Positions 40,166 through 50,386 of a stretch of DNA of 64,000 bases are shown here, piece after piece. The translations under genes and the position numbers were made by a program. The notes below the pieces were generated by a model. It had not been told where the DNA came from. It ran no database searches and saw only the letters and a program-made list of their open reading frames with translations. The stretch's first letter is position 1. Every line of letters begins with the position of its first letter. The DNA comes from Candidatus Marinacidobacterales bacterium (GTDB lineage Bacteria; Acidobacteriota; Vicinamibacteria; Marinacidobacterales; SMYC01), in the NCBI GenBank assembly GCA_965224085.1, contig CBDCYI010000005.1:352001-416000 (forward strand). Reading direction: 5' to 3'.

Positions 40166-41413
40166 ATGCAGCCCCATGGGCTGTGTCCTTCCCGCGTCGA
40201 GTCACCACCACGGCCACTGCTCGAGATCGCGGAAATCTTCCGCGAACATGGTCCACGCTTTCGCCAAACCCATGCGCTGACAGCCGAGCAGCGCAAGGTG
40301 ATGTGGGCTATAGAGAACTGTCGCACGGCGGTGCTAGGTGGCCATCTCGACGTGTGTAACGCTTGCGGATACGCGGCGCCTTCGTTTAACTCGTGCCGCA
40401 ATCGGCACTGTCCCAAGTGTCAGAGCCTAGCCCAGGCGAAGTGGATGGAGCAGCGAGCTCAGAGGATTCTTCCGACTCACTATTTCCACGTCGTTTTCAC
40501 CCTCCCGCAGCAACTCAAGCCTCTCGCCCGAGACAATCCCAAGTTCATGTTCAACCTCCTGTTTCGCGCCGCCTCGCGAACTCTATTGGAGTTCGGCCAA
40601 AGCCGGCTCGAAGCTCAACTTGCCTTCACCGCCGTACTGCACACCTGGACCCGGAAGCTCCTGTTCCATCCACACCTGCATTGCATCGTCTCCGGGGGCG
40701 GGCTCAACCACCCTCAGCAGCTGTGGAACGCCGCAAACCCTCGCTTTCTGTTTCCCGTCAAGGCCATGTCGCGGCTTTTTCGCAGCAAGTTTCTCGATGC
40801 CCTTAGGCTCGCTTACGACCAAGATGAGCTTGAGTTGAGCGCAAACGCTTCCCACCTCAGAAACCCACCTCGCTTCCGGGAGCTGAAAGACAAGCTCTAC
40901 CGCATCGATTGGGTCGTTTACAGCAAACGACCCTTCGGTGGCCCAGAGCAGGTTTTCAACTACCTCGGCCGATATACCCACCGGGTCGGCATCTCCAACC
41001 GCCGACTCATTCGCATCGACCACTACGGCGTCTGCTTCGCCACCAAGAATGGTAATACCGTTACCGTCCCCCCAGAGGAATTTATCCGCCGTTTCCTCCT
41101 GCACGTACTGCCGAAAGGTTTCGTCAAGATTCGCCATTTCGGCTTAATGGCCTCCTCCAATGCGACCACCAAGCTCGTAGTCGCGCGCCAGTTGCTCGAT
41201 GAGAAAACAAAACCCACGACCGACGCCGACGACGTGCAAGTCAGCTCGCGTGCCACCGAGGACAAGGACTGGCGCGAGCGGCTCAAGGAGCTCACCGGCA
41301 TCGACCTCACCATCTGTCCCCGCTGCAAGAAAGGTCGCATGCTCCGATGCCCTCTCTCCACGAAGCTTCGACGGATCAACCTCCAGATCCGCTCCCCTCC
41401 AGATGAGTCATGA
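40166..41413 (+). CDS. IS91-family rolling-circle transposase
   Basis: Zn-binding CRT...CNAC...SCRNRHCPKC, HVVFTLP, HUH motif HPHLH, YLGRY, RHFG, C-terminal CPRC. Confidence 0.95.
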   Translation: MQPHGLCPSRVESPPRPLLEIAEIFREHGPRFRQTHALTAEQRKVMWAIENCRTAVLGGHLDVCNACGYAAPSFNSCRNRHCPKCQSLAQAKWMEQRAQRILPTHYFHVVFTLPQQLKPLARDNPKFMFNLLFRAASRTLLEFGQSRLEAQLAFTAVLHTWTRKLLFHPHLHCIVSGGGLNHPQQLWNAANPRFLFPVKAMSRLFRSKFLDALRLAYDQDELELSANASHLRNPPRFRELKDKLYRIDWVVYSKRPFGGPEQVFNYLGRYTHRVGISNRRLIRIDHYGVCFATKNGNTVTVPPEEFIRRFLLHVLPKGFVKIRHFGLMASSNATTKLVVARQLLDEKTKPTTDADDVQVSSRATEDKDWRERLKELTGIDLTICPRCKKGRMLRCPLSTKLRRINLQIRSPPDES

Positions 41414-42220
41414 TCACGATGCTTTCGCTCCGCCTCTCACAACGCCGACCGGTCGTTGAAACGGACTCGTGTGTCTCGTCGCGAACTCATAACGCTACCG
41501 TGGTGGTTACCGCACCGGGTAGGCCCTTCTTCTATCTTCCCCGCCATATCTCTGTCGATTCGCAACTCCCTGACGTCCAACTCCGACTTCCTGTCCGACC
41601 GTCTTCTCACTCCAATTTATGCATAGTTGCCGCTAGCTGGGCGGCTTAGTTCAATTACGGTTTGCACGAATGCTCGCTCTACAAGCATCGTGCCTCGCGT
41701 AACGCCGTGCTTCGCTCGATTCCTGCAAACCGCTATTAAAAAGGTCGAAGCCTTCGAGATATTCCATGACGATGTAGGGCTTTGCCACGCCGTCGAAATT
41801 GCCTAGCTCATGGATGGTGACGATGTTCTGATGTTGCAATCGTGCCGCGGCTCGGGCCTCGCGCTCGAAGCGTCGTCGAGAGTCCTCGCCGGCGAGCTCT
41901 TGCGCGAGGAGCGTTTTGATCGCGACGCGACGATGTAGCGACGTGTCGAAGGCTTCGTAGACCGCTCCCATGCCGCCTCGTCCAAGGCGGCGCACCACCT
42001 TGAATTTGCCGATTTTCAAGTCTTTGGTGAGATGCATAGGAAGCCGGCCCGCATCTCAGATTCTAACTCTCGGGAAGGGCTCGAATAAAGCTCGCGACGA
42101 TGGCTAGGTGTAAGGTAGTTCCTTGACACCGATAGCAACCTGTGTACTTATGTCCGCCGGGAGGCTTGTGTCTATGCTGGTGATCGAGGGATCGGGAGGT
42201 TTTTCTGAGGGGTCACGGCC

Positions 42221-43912
42221 ATGAGCGCGACTTTGCTGGCTGGGCTGGGCTTGAGCGCGCTCTTTCTTGGCTACCGCTTTTACTCCCGCTTCATTGCAGA
42301 AAAGATCTACCGGCTCGATCCTGATTTCACCACGCCGGCTCACTTCAAGCGCGACGATATCGATTACATCCCCACCAACCGATTCGTTCTTTGGGGACAT
42401 CACTTCACTGCTGTGGCGGGCGCCGCCCCCATCATCGGCCCCTCGATCGCCGTCGTGTGGGGATGGTTGCCGGCCTTCATCTGGGTGGTCGGAGGAACGA
42501 TCTTTTTCGCCGGCGTCCACGACTTCGGCGCGATTTGGGCGAGCGTGCGCCACGACGCTCGGTCCATCGGCGCCTTGACACGGGACGCGGTCGGCGCGCG
42601 GGCACAGCACCTTTTCATGATCGTTATTTTCTTTCTTCTCCTGATGGTGAATGCTGTTTTCGCTGTCGCGATCTCAGCCGCGTTGATGGCCTCGCCGAGC
42701 AGCGTGATCCCTGCATGGAGCGCCATCGCCGTGGCGCTCGTCATCGGTGTTCTGATCTACAAACTGCACACTTCGATAGTCTGGCCGACGATCGGAGGAA
42801 CGGTGATTCTCTACGCGATGATCTATGTCGGCGACCGCATTCCCGTGTCACTACCCGACACGTTCCTTGGCCTCGCGCCCGGCCCGACGTGGATTATCAT
42901 CCTGTTCCTCTACGCGATGATCGCTTCACTTCTACCGGTCTGGCTCCTGCTGCAGCCACGGGATTTCATCAACGGCATCCAATTGGCCGTAGGGCTCGTC
43001 CTCTTATATGGCGCGGTGCTCATAGCCAGCCCAACAATCGTGGCACCCGCCTTCAACACGGACGTACCCGGCGGAGCACCACCGCTGGTACCACTCCTCT
43101 TCGTGACGATCGCTTGTGGCGCCGTCTCAGGCTTCCACGGACTCGTTTCCTCGGGCACGACTTCGAAACAGCTCAACAAGGAGACCGATGCGCGTTTCGT
43201 CGGCTATCTGGGCTCGCTGGGAGAAGGCTCCGTAGCCCTCGTCGTCATCATCGCCACGACCGCCGGGTTTGCGACGCTTACGGAATGGCAGGGCCATTAT
43301 GGAGAGTTCGGCGCAGGTGGGATCCCGATGTTCGTGCTCGGTGGCTCGCGCATCGTGTCCGCCGGCCTGGGACTTCCCATCGAATTCTCCGCGACTCTCT
43401 TGACGGTCATGGCGGTTCTCTTCGCCGGCACGACGATGGATGCCGGCGTCCGGCTCCAGCGCTACATCATTCAGGAGTGGGGCGTCATCTACAAGATTCG
43501 GCCGCTTCAAAACGGCTATGTCGCCACCGTGGTGGCGGTCGGCGCTTGTCTTGCGCTCGCGTTCGGAGCCGGCGGCACGGGAGGTGCAGGTGGCATGCTG
43601 CTTTGGCCGCTCTTCGGAACGACCAATCAGCTGCTCGCTGGATTGACGCTTCTCGTCCTTAGCGTGCTCCTGGTCAAGCTCGGCCGACCGAGCCGCTACA
43701 CGCTCGTCCCGATGGTATTCGTTACCGGGATGTCCTTCATCGCCGCTCTTTTTCAGCTGGGAAGCTTGTATCAAGAAGGGAGCTACGTCCTTCTCGTCAT
43801 GGATTCGATGATCATCGTAGCGGCCATTTTCGTGATGCTCGAGGCCGCCTCGGCACTGATGGCAGCAAGAAGCGCACGTGCCAACCCGGCGGCCGCCGAC
43901 GCTAGAGGCTAG
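42221..43912 (+). CDS. cstA: Carbon starvation protein A family transporter
   Basis: GHHFTAVAGAAPIIGP, WLLLQPRDFIN, TIACGAVSGFH, LWPLFGTTNQLLA. Confidence 0.93.
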   Translation: MSATLLAGLGLSALFLGYRFYSRFIAEKIYRLDPDFTTPAHFKRDDIDYIPTNRFVLWGHHFTAVAGAAPIIGPSIAVVWGWLPAFIWVVGGTIFFAGVHDFGAIWASVRHDARSIGALTRDAVGARAQHLFMIVIFFLLLMVNAVFAVAISAALMASPSSVIPAWSAIAVALVIGVLIYKLHTSIVWPTIGGTVILYAMIYVGDRIPVSLPDTFLGLAPGPTWIIILFLYAMIASLLPVWLLLQPRDFINGIQLAVGLVLLYGAVLIASPTIVAPAFNTDVPGGAPPLVPLLFVTIACGAVSGFHGLVSSGTTSKQLNKETDARFVGYLGSLGEGSVALVVIIATTAGFATLTEWQGHYGEFGAGGIPMFVLGGSRIVSAGLGLPIEFSATLLTVMAVLFAGTTMDAGVRLQRYIIQEWGVIYKIRPLQNGYVATVVAVGACLALAFGAGGTGGAGGMLLWPLFGTTNQLLAGLTLLVLSVLLVKLGRPSRYTLVPMVFVTGMSFIAALFQLGSLYQEGSYVLLVMDSMIIVAAIFVMLEAASALMAARSARANPAAADARG

Positions 43913-44271
43913 AGCATTCCTAGTTCAAGCTTCGCTGCTTCGGTCATCTTCTCGGGAGTCCAGACGGGCTCCCAGACGACCTCCACTTTCGCCGAGGTGA
44001 CCTCGTCGAGAGCGGCCACTTTGGACTCGACCTCGGGCGGCAAGGTGCCTGCGACCGGGCACGCCGGGGACGTGAGTGTCATGTTGATCGCGACGGCGCC
44101 TTCCTCGCTGATGTCGATGTCGTAAATGAGGCCGAGCGCGTAGATATCGACCGGGATCTCGGGGTCGTAGCACGTACGGAGCACGTCTTCCACTTTGTCT
44201 CGAAGTGTCGGCTCGCTCGCCGGCGGGTCGGTTGTTCCGGTTGCTTCTTTGTCGAGCTCTTCGTCTTTCAT
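43909..44271 (-). CDS. sufT: SUF system Fe-S assembly protein (DUF59)
   Basis: YDPEIPVDIYALGLIY, MTLTSPACP. Last gene of the suf operon. Confidence 0.88.
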   Translation of the reverse strand: MKDEELDKEATGTTDPPASEPTLRDKVEDVLRTCYDPEIPVDIYALGLIYDIDISEEGAVAINMTLTSPACPVAGTLPPEVESKVAALDEVTSAKVEVVWEPVWTPEKMTEAAKLELGML

Positions 44272-44275
44272 CACA

Positions 44276-44731
44276 TCACTCCGTCGAAACCGCTTCTTCG
44301 GCTTTTGCGAGCGCGGCTTTCAGCGTGTGCCATGCCAGCGTCGCGCACTTCACCCGCACGGGATAATCCCGCACGCCCCCGAAAACGGCGAGCTTGCCGA
44401 GAACGTCGCCATCAGCCTCGGCGCTTTGCCCGGTCACCAAATCGTGGAACGCGCCGAATATCGCTTCCACTTCGGCCTCGCTCTTGCCCTTGAGCGTCTC
44501 GGTCATCATCGATGCCGACGCCGTCGAGATCGCGCATCCGGCTCCTTTGAAACCGACATCCTGGATCACGCCGTCTTCGACCGCGAGGTAGAGCGTGAGC
44601 CGATCTCCGCACAAGGGGTTGTGACCTTGAGATTGATGAGACGCGTCGTCGAGCTCTTTGAAGTTTTTCGGATTCTTGCTGTGGTCGAGAATGACCTCTT
44701 GGTAGAGCTCGCGCAACTCGTCTGTCGCCAT
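44276..44731 (-). CDS. sufU: SUF system NifU-family sulfur-transfer protein
   Basis: LYQEVILDH, NPLCGD, GCAISTASAS, RVKCATLAWH. Confidence 0.93.
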   Translation of the reverse strand: MATDELRELYQEVILDHSKNPKNFKELDDASHQSQGHNPLCGDRLTLYLAVEDGVIQDVGFKGAGCAISTASASMMTETLKGKSEAEVEAIFGAFHDLVTGQSAEADGDVLGKLAVFGGVRDYPVRVKCATLAWHTLKAALAKAEEAVSTE

Positions 44732-45999
44732 CACCTGAAAACCTCCACCACGGTCTCGAGCCCCTGAACGAGGCGGTCGATATCGGCGCGCGTATTGTAG
44801 AGCGCGAGCGAAGCCCGCGCGGTCGCGGCAACGTTGAAGCGGTCCATCACGGGCTGGGCACAATGGTGTCCGGTGCGGACCGCTATCCCCTCTTGGTCGA
44901 GAATGGTGCCGATATCGTGAGGGTGGATGCCCTCGAGCACGAAGGAGAGGACACTCGCTTTGTGGCTCGCTTCTCCAATGATGCGAAGCCCTGGCACGGC
45001 TCGAAGCGCTTCGGTGCCATAGTCCAAAAGCTCTTCTTCGTAGGCCGCGATGGATTCCATCCCGAGCTTGTTCAGATACTCGATGGCTGCGCCGAGCCCA
45101 ACCGCCCCGGCGATGTTGGGAGTTCCCGCCTCGAAGCGGAATGGCAGCCGGTTATAGGTCGTCTTCTCGAAGCTCACGGAGCTGATCATGTCGCCGCCTC
45201 CCTGATAAGGCGGCATCTTCTCCAGGATCGACTCACGCACATAAAGAGCGCCGATCCCCGAAGGCCCGAACATTTTGTGACCCGAGATGGTGTAGAAATC
45301 GCAATCAAGATCGACGACATCCAAGCTGACATGAGGTGCGGCTTGGGCGCCATCCAACAAAACGGGGATGCCCCGCTCGTGGGCGATCTCGATAATCTCG
45401 TTTACTGGGTTGACCGTTCCTAGCGCATTAGACACGTGCCCGAGGGCGACGAGCTTCGTACTAGGGCCGATGAGCTCCTCGAAAGCATCCATGTCGAGCT
45501 CACCCTGGTCGTTGATCGGGCCCACCATGAGACGGGCGCCCTTCTCTTCACAGAGCATTTGCCACGGAACGATGTTCGAATGATGCTCCATCGTCGTGAT
45601 GAGCACCTCGTCGCCTTCGGAGACATTGGCGCGCCCATAGGTCTGCGCCACGAGGTTGATGCCCTCCGTGGTGCCACGAAGGAAGATGATCTCGCGCTCC
45701 GACGGCGCACCCAGGAATCGCTGAACCTTCAGCCGCGCGTTCTCGTAGGCTTTCGTCGCGCGCTGGCTGAGCTCGTGGACGCCGCGATGAATGTTCGCGT
45801 AGTCATGAGCGTAGAACTTCGAGAGCGCATCGATGACTTGCTGCGGCTTCTGGGAACTCGCGGCGCTATCGAGATAGACGAGCGGCTTGTCGTGGACCGT
45901 CTGATGCAAACCCGGAAAATCGCCGCGGACCCGATCGACGTCGAAATCGCGCTTCGAAGCGCTGCTCGTCGAGATTTCTGCATTACTGCTCACGGTCAT
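44731..45999 (-). CDS. sufS: Cysteine desulfurase
   Basis: YLDSAASSQKP, SGHKMFGP, RFEAGTP, RTGHHCAQP. Confidence 0.96.
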   Translation of the reverse strand: MTVSSNAEISTSSASKRDFDVDRVRGDFPGLHQTVHDKPLVYLDSAASSQKPQQVIDALSKFYAHDYANIHRGVHELSQRATKAYENARLKVQRFLGAPSEREIIFLRGTTEGINLVAQTYGRANVSEGDEVLITTMEHHSNIVPWQMLCEEKGARLMVGPINDQGELDMDAFEELIGPSTKLVALGHVSNALGTVNPVNEIIEIAHERGIPVLLDGAQAAPHVSLDVVDLDCDFYTISGHKMFGPSGIGALYVRESILEKMPPYQGGGDMISSVSFEKTTYNRLPFRFEAGTPNIAGAVGLGAAIEYLNKLGMESIAAYEEELLDYGTEALRAVPGLRIIGEASHKASVLSFVLEGIHPHDIGTILDQEGIAVRTGHHCAQPVMDRFNVAATARASLALYNTRADIDRLVQGLETVVEVFR

Positions 46000-46015
46000 G
46001 GCTGTACCTCGAAAA

Positions 46016-47392
46016 TTAGGCCGCGTCCTTGAACAAGAGCCCACGTAGCGCTTTTCGCACGGCGTCGACTCGAATCCGGTCGCTCACATCGGCCATGAAG
46101 CCTTCCGTGAGAATCTTGCGGGCTTCGTCGAGCCCAATCCCACGAGACCTCAGATAGAACAACGCCTCCGCATCGAGTTGGCCGATGGTGGCGCCATGTG
46201 CGCACTTCACGTCGTCGGCGTGGATCTCGAGCTGAGGATTGCTATTCACGAGCGCCTCCTTCGAGAGAAGAAGGTTCTTGTTCGATTGCTTCGCGTCAGT
46301 CTTCTGCGCATCCGCTCGGACGATCACGCGGCCGTTGAAGACACCGCTAGCCTCGTCGTCGAGAATACCTTTATAGAGCTCACGACTGGTGCAATGTGCG
46401 ACTTGATGGTCGATGACCGTGTGATGATCCACATGCTGGCTGCCCCTGACGACGTAGAGGCCGTTGAGCGTCACCTCAGCCCCATCCCCACCGAGCTCGG
46501 CACGGATGTCGTTTCTGGCGAGCGCGGCGCCGAGCGAGAGCGAATAGTTCGAGACCGAAGCACTCCGCTGCTGAGAGAGATCGAGGCTCGCCACGTGGAA
46601 CGCTTGCACGCTTTCGCGCTGCACTTTGTAGTGATCGACGACCGAGCCCGGCTGCGCGACGAGCTGCGTAACCGTATTCGTAAAGTAAATCGAGCCCTCT
46701 ACCCCGGCATAGGTCTCGATGATGCGGGCCTCGCTCTGCTCCCCGGCCACGATCACGTTTCGCGGGTGGTGGACGAAAGGCTCGCCAGTGGGCACGGTCA
46801 GGAACACGCAATGGATAGGCGCGTCGACGACGACGCCTTTACCGATGTGAACGAAGGCGCCATCGGCGACAAAAGCTTCATTGAGGTCGAAAAAGGCGGT
46901 CTCGTCCGCAGGGCTACGACAGAGCACAGGTTGGAGCTGTTCGGTCGAGTGCGACCAAGCGTTCTCGAGGTTCGAGACGACGACGCCGTCCGGAAGATCG
47001 GAGAGCGAGGACAGCTTTTGCGAGAACTTCCCGTTCACGAAAACGAGCTCGTGCCGAGAGAGTGCCTCGAGACCGAGGCTCGCAAGAAACGCGCGCGCTT
47101 CGTCTTCGACTTCAGCCCCACCGCTCGCGAGCTCGAAAGCCCGACTCGCGATAGCGCCCACATTCGTGAAACGCCAGTCTTCGTTCCGTGTCGTCGGAAA
47201 ACCCTTCTCGAGAAAACGCTCGAAGGCGTTTTTGCGCACGAGAGCGAGCCAGCCGGGCTCGCTCTCGCTGCTGCGCTCCGTTGAGCGCGCGAGAAACAAC
47301 GAGCGGAGCTCTGCTTCTAGAAACTCTGGTAGAAACTCTGGTAGAAACTCTGGAGAGGTTTTTGGCGAAGATTCTTGGTCGATCGTGGCCAC
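46016..47392 (-). CDS. sufD: Fe-S cluster assembly protein SufD
   Basis: EDWRFT, PQLEIHADDVKCAHGATIG, FYLRSRGI. Confidence 0.95.
   Translation of the reverse strand: MATIDQESSPKTSPEFLPEFLPEFLEAELRSLFLARSTERSSESEPGWLALVRKNAFERFLEKGFPTTRNEDWRFTNVGAIASRAFELASGGAEVEDEARAFLASLGLEALSRHELVFVNGKFSQKLSSLSDLPDGVVVSNLENAWSHSTEQLQPVLCRSPADETAFFDLNEAFVADGAFVHIGKGVVVDAPIHCVFLTVPTGEPFVHHPRNVIVAGEQSEARIIETYAGVEGSIYFTNTVTQLVAQPGSVVDHYKVQRESVQAFHVASLDLSQQRSASVSNYSLSLGAALARNDIRAELGGDGAEVTLNGLYVVRGSQHVDHHTVIDHQVAHCTSRELYKGILDDEASGVFNGRVIVRADAQKTDAKQSNKNLLLSKEALVNSNPQLEIHADDVKCAHGATIGQLDAEALFYLRSRGIGLDEARKILTEGFMADVSDRIRVDAVRKALRGLLFKDAA
47318..47353. repeat. In-frame 12-bp tandem repeat (TAGAAACTCTGG x3) in the sufD 5' end
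   Basis: Three perfect copies encoding PEFL-PEFL-PEFL. Confidence 0.9.
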
Positions 47393-47395
47393 GGC

Positions 47396-48154
<759 letters not shown>

Positions 48155-48160
48155 AGGTGT

Positions 48161-49615
48161 CTATCCAACGCTTCCTTCCAAACTGACTCCCAATAATTTC
48201 TGGGCTTCGACCGCGAACTCCATTGGGAGATTGCGCAAGACTTGCTTGGCGAAGCCGTTCACGATCATGGAAACGGCGTTCTCGGTGTCGATACCCCGCT
48301 GGTTGCAATAAAAAAGCTGGTCTTCCCCAATCTTTGCGGTCGTCGCTTCGTGCTCCATTTGCGCCGTGGGATTCTTGACTTCGATATAGGGGAAAGTGTG
48401 CGCACCGCACTTGTCACCGATGAGAAGCGAGTCGCATTGTGAGTAGTTGCGCGCGCCTTCGGCACCTTTGAGGATCTTCACCTGGCCGCGATAAGTGTTC
48501 TGGCCGTGGCCCGCGGAGATCCCTTTCGAGATGATGGTGCTTCTCGTATTCTTCCCGATGTGGATCATCTTCGTACCGGTATCCGCTTGCTGGTAATTGT
48601 TCGTCAGAGCGACCGAGTAGAACTCGCCGATCGAGTCATCACCGAGCAGCACGCAGCTTGGATATTTCCAAGTGATGGCCGAGCCGGTCTCGACTTGCGT
48701 CCACGAGATCTTCGACTTGACGCCCGCGCACTTTCCGCGCTTCGTTACGAAATTGTAAATGCCGCCTTTACCGTCTTTGTCGCCCGGGTACCAGTTCTGC
48801 ACGGTCGCATACTTGATTTCCGCGTGGTCGAGGGCGACGAGCTCGACGACGGCGGCGTGAAGCTGGTTCTCGTCCCGCATCGGCGCGGTGCAGCCTTCGA
48901 GATAGCTAACGTAGGCTCCCTCGTCGGCGATGATGAGCGTCCGCTCGAACTGCCCGGTCTCGGAGGCGTTGATCCGGAAGTAAGTCGAAAGCTCCATCGG
49001 ACAACGAACGCCTTTCGGTACGTAGACGAAAGACCCGTCGCTGAAGACCGCCGAGTTCAACGTGGCGAAGAAGTTGTCGCTATAGGGAACGACGGTGCCG
49101 AGATATTTCCGCACGAGCTCCGGATGGTCTTTGACCGCCTCGGAGAAGCTACAGAAAATGATGCCGAGCTCGGACAGCTTGTCCTTGAAGGTCGTGGCGA
49201 CGGAAACAGAGTCGAAAACGGCATCGACCGCGACCCCCGCGAGCCGCTCCTGCTCCTGGAGGGAAATACCGAGTTTTTCGTAAGTGCGCAGGAGCTCCGG
49301 GTCGACTTCATCGAGGCTCTTCGGCTTGGCTTCGTCACTTTCTTGCTTCGGCGCGGAATAGTAGCGCAGGTCTTGATAGTCGATCGGCGGATAGTGGACG
49401 TTCGGCCATGTCGGCTCCGTCATTGTGAGCCAATGCCGGAAAGCTTTAAGACGCCACTCGAGAAGCCATTCGGGCTCTTCCTTCTTCTCCGAAATGATGC
49501 GGACGGTCTTCTCGTCGAGCCCTTTCGGGATGGTGTCTTGCTCGATATCCGTGACGAAGCCATACGCATAGTCGTTGTTGACGAATTCTTTGAGCTTGTC
49601 GGTCGTGGTGCTCAT
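48161..49615 (-). CDS. sufB: Fe-S cluster assembly protein SufB
   Basis: [34 protein letters not shown]...LEGSVG. Confidence 0.97.
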   Translation of the reverse strand: MSTTTDKLKEFVNNDYAYGFVTDIEQDTIPKGLDEKTVRIISEKKEEPEWLLEWRLKAFRHWLTMTEPTWPNVHYPPIDYQDLRYYSAPKQESDEAKPKSLDEVDPELLRTYEKLGISLQEQERLAGVAVDAVFDSVSVATTFKDKLSELGIIFCSFSEAVKDHPELVRKYLGTVVPYSDNFFATLNSAVFSDGSFVYVPKGVRCPMELSTYFRINASETGQFERTLIIADEGAYVSYLEGCTAPMRDENQLHAAVVELVALDHAEIKYATVQNWYPGDKDGKGGIYNFVTKRGKCAGVKSKISWTQVETGSAITWKYPSCVLLGDDSIGEFYSVALTNNYQQADTGTKMIHIGKNTRSTIISKGISAGHGQNTYRGQVKILKGAEGARNYSQCDSLLIGDKCGAHTFPYIEVKNPTAQMEHEATTAKIGEDQLFYCNQRGIDTENAVSMIVNGFAKQVLRNLPMEFAVEAQKLLGVSLEGSVG

Positions 49616-49744
49616 CCTATCCTTCTAGTGATTAATGCTCGCTCTCTATTGAACTCTGCGCCGAGCTCGCCCGGCGTGCTGTCGGCCCATTCGGGCCGGG
49701 GGAGCGTTGCGAGCGCAGGGCGCAGATGACTTTTTCAGCACCCT

Positions 49745-50221
49745 CTAGTCCTGGATCACAGGGAGCTTTATATCGTCCGCGATGGCGACATTCGTGCGTT
49801 CCCCGGCAAAAGAGGCGTGGTCGTCATCGCACATTCTGGCGATGGTCACGCGGGACAACATCAGGAGCACTTCGTCGTTGAGCCTTTGCAGCGGGCTCTT
49901 GATGGTGCAAGTATCGAACTGCTCGCATGCCCCCAGATCGGTGAGGCATTGGGTCAAAGACGGCTGCCCTTCGACGACCTCGATCACGCGCGCGACGGTT
50001 ATCGACTCCGCGGGCCGAGCCAAGCTGTAGCCGCCCTTCATCCCTTGGCGGGACACGACGAGCCCGGAACGCGTCAGTTTCTGAAGCACCTTGGCGAGGA
50101 GATCATGCGGCATCCCGTAAATGGTCGCCACCTCGCGGGCCGAAGAAGCACTTTCGTCCTGTTGCGCCAGATGCATCAGGGCAATCAGGGCATAGTCGAC
50201 TTTCTTGGAAAGTTTGAGCAC
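49745..50221 (-). CDS. Rrf2-family (IscR/SufR-like) regulator with three C-terminal Cys
   Basis: LSKKVDYAL, KVLQKL...GGYSLARP, C-x6-C-x5-C. First gene of the suf operon. Confidence 0.92.
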   Translation of the reverse strand: MLKLSKKVDYALIALMHLAQQDESASSAREVATIYGMPHDLLAKVLQKLTRSGLVVSRQGMKGGYSLARPAESITVARVIEVVEGQPSLTQCLTDLGACEQFDTCTIKSPLQRLNDEVLLMLSRVTIARMCDDDHASFAGERTNVAIADDIKLPVIQD

Positions 50222-50236
50222 GTTGCAGCGCCTTTA

Positions 50237-50289
50237 ATTAGGACTATTCTAGTCGGATATATAATAATACTCAGCGAACGCGTTGTCAA
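50237..50289 (-). promoter_or_regulatory. Proximal sigma70 promoter plus Rrf2/IscR-type operator
   Basis: TTGACA-17bp-TATTAT followed by ATATCCGACTAGAATAGTCCTAAT, similar to the IscR type-1 GACT-N5-AGTC site. Confidence 0.75.
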
Positions 50290-50321
50290 AGGCTAAGTGT
50301 CACCAGAATAGGGACATACAA

Positions 50322-50374
50322 TATAGGACTCAACCGGTCCGATATATATTATCCACGCCGGCGGGCCGCGTCAA
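50322..50374 (-). promoter_or_regulatory. Distal sigma70 promoter plus second Rrf2-type operator
   Basis: TTGACG-17bp-TAATAT followed by ATATCGGACCGGTTGAGTCCTATA. Confidence 0.6.
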
Positions 50375-50386
50375 GTCAATGAGGCG

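Larger units (their letters stand above)
38791..41740 (+). mobile_element. IS91-family-like element with tyrosine recombinase and Y2 transposase
   Basis: Removing it restores EGFDL|TSVIRK with no target duplication. 14-bp inverted repeat at 38790-38803 and 41641-41654. Boundaries uncertain by a few bp. Confidence 0.85.
36868..42037 (-). pseudogene. Membrane Ser/Thr protein kinase (Hanks type, PEGA-like C-terminus), split by an insertion and carrying an internal TAG
   Basis: [13 protein letters not shown] and MEYLEGFDL at 41741-42037. TSVIRK...HRDVKPSN, DLGIAR, YMSPEQ and the TM helix lie below 38790. In-frame TAG at 37129-37131. Confidence 0.88.

Noticed and set aside
49655-49727. Structured RNA between the Rrf2 gene and sufB
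   Set aside because: Only an 8-bp GC stem (TCTGCGCC/GGCGCAGA), plausible by chance at this GC content.
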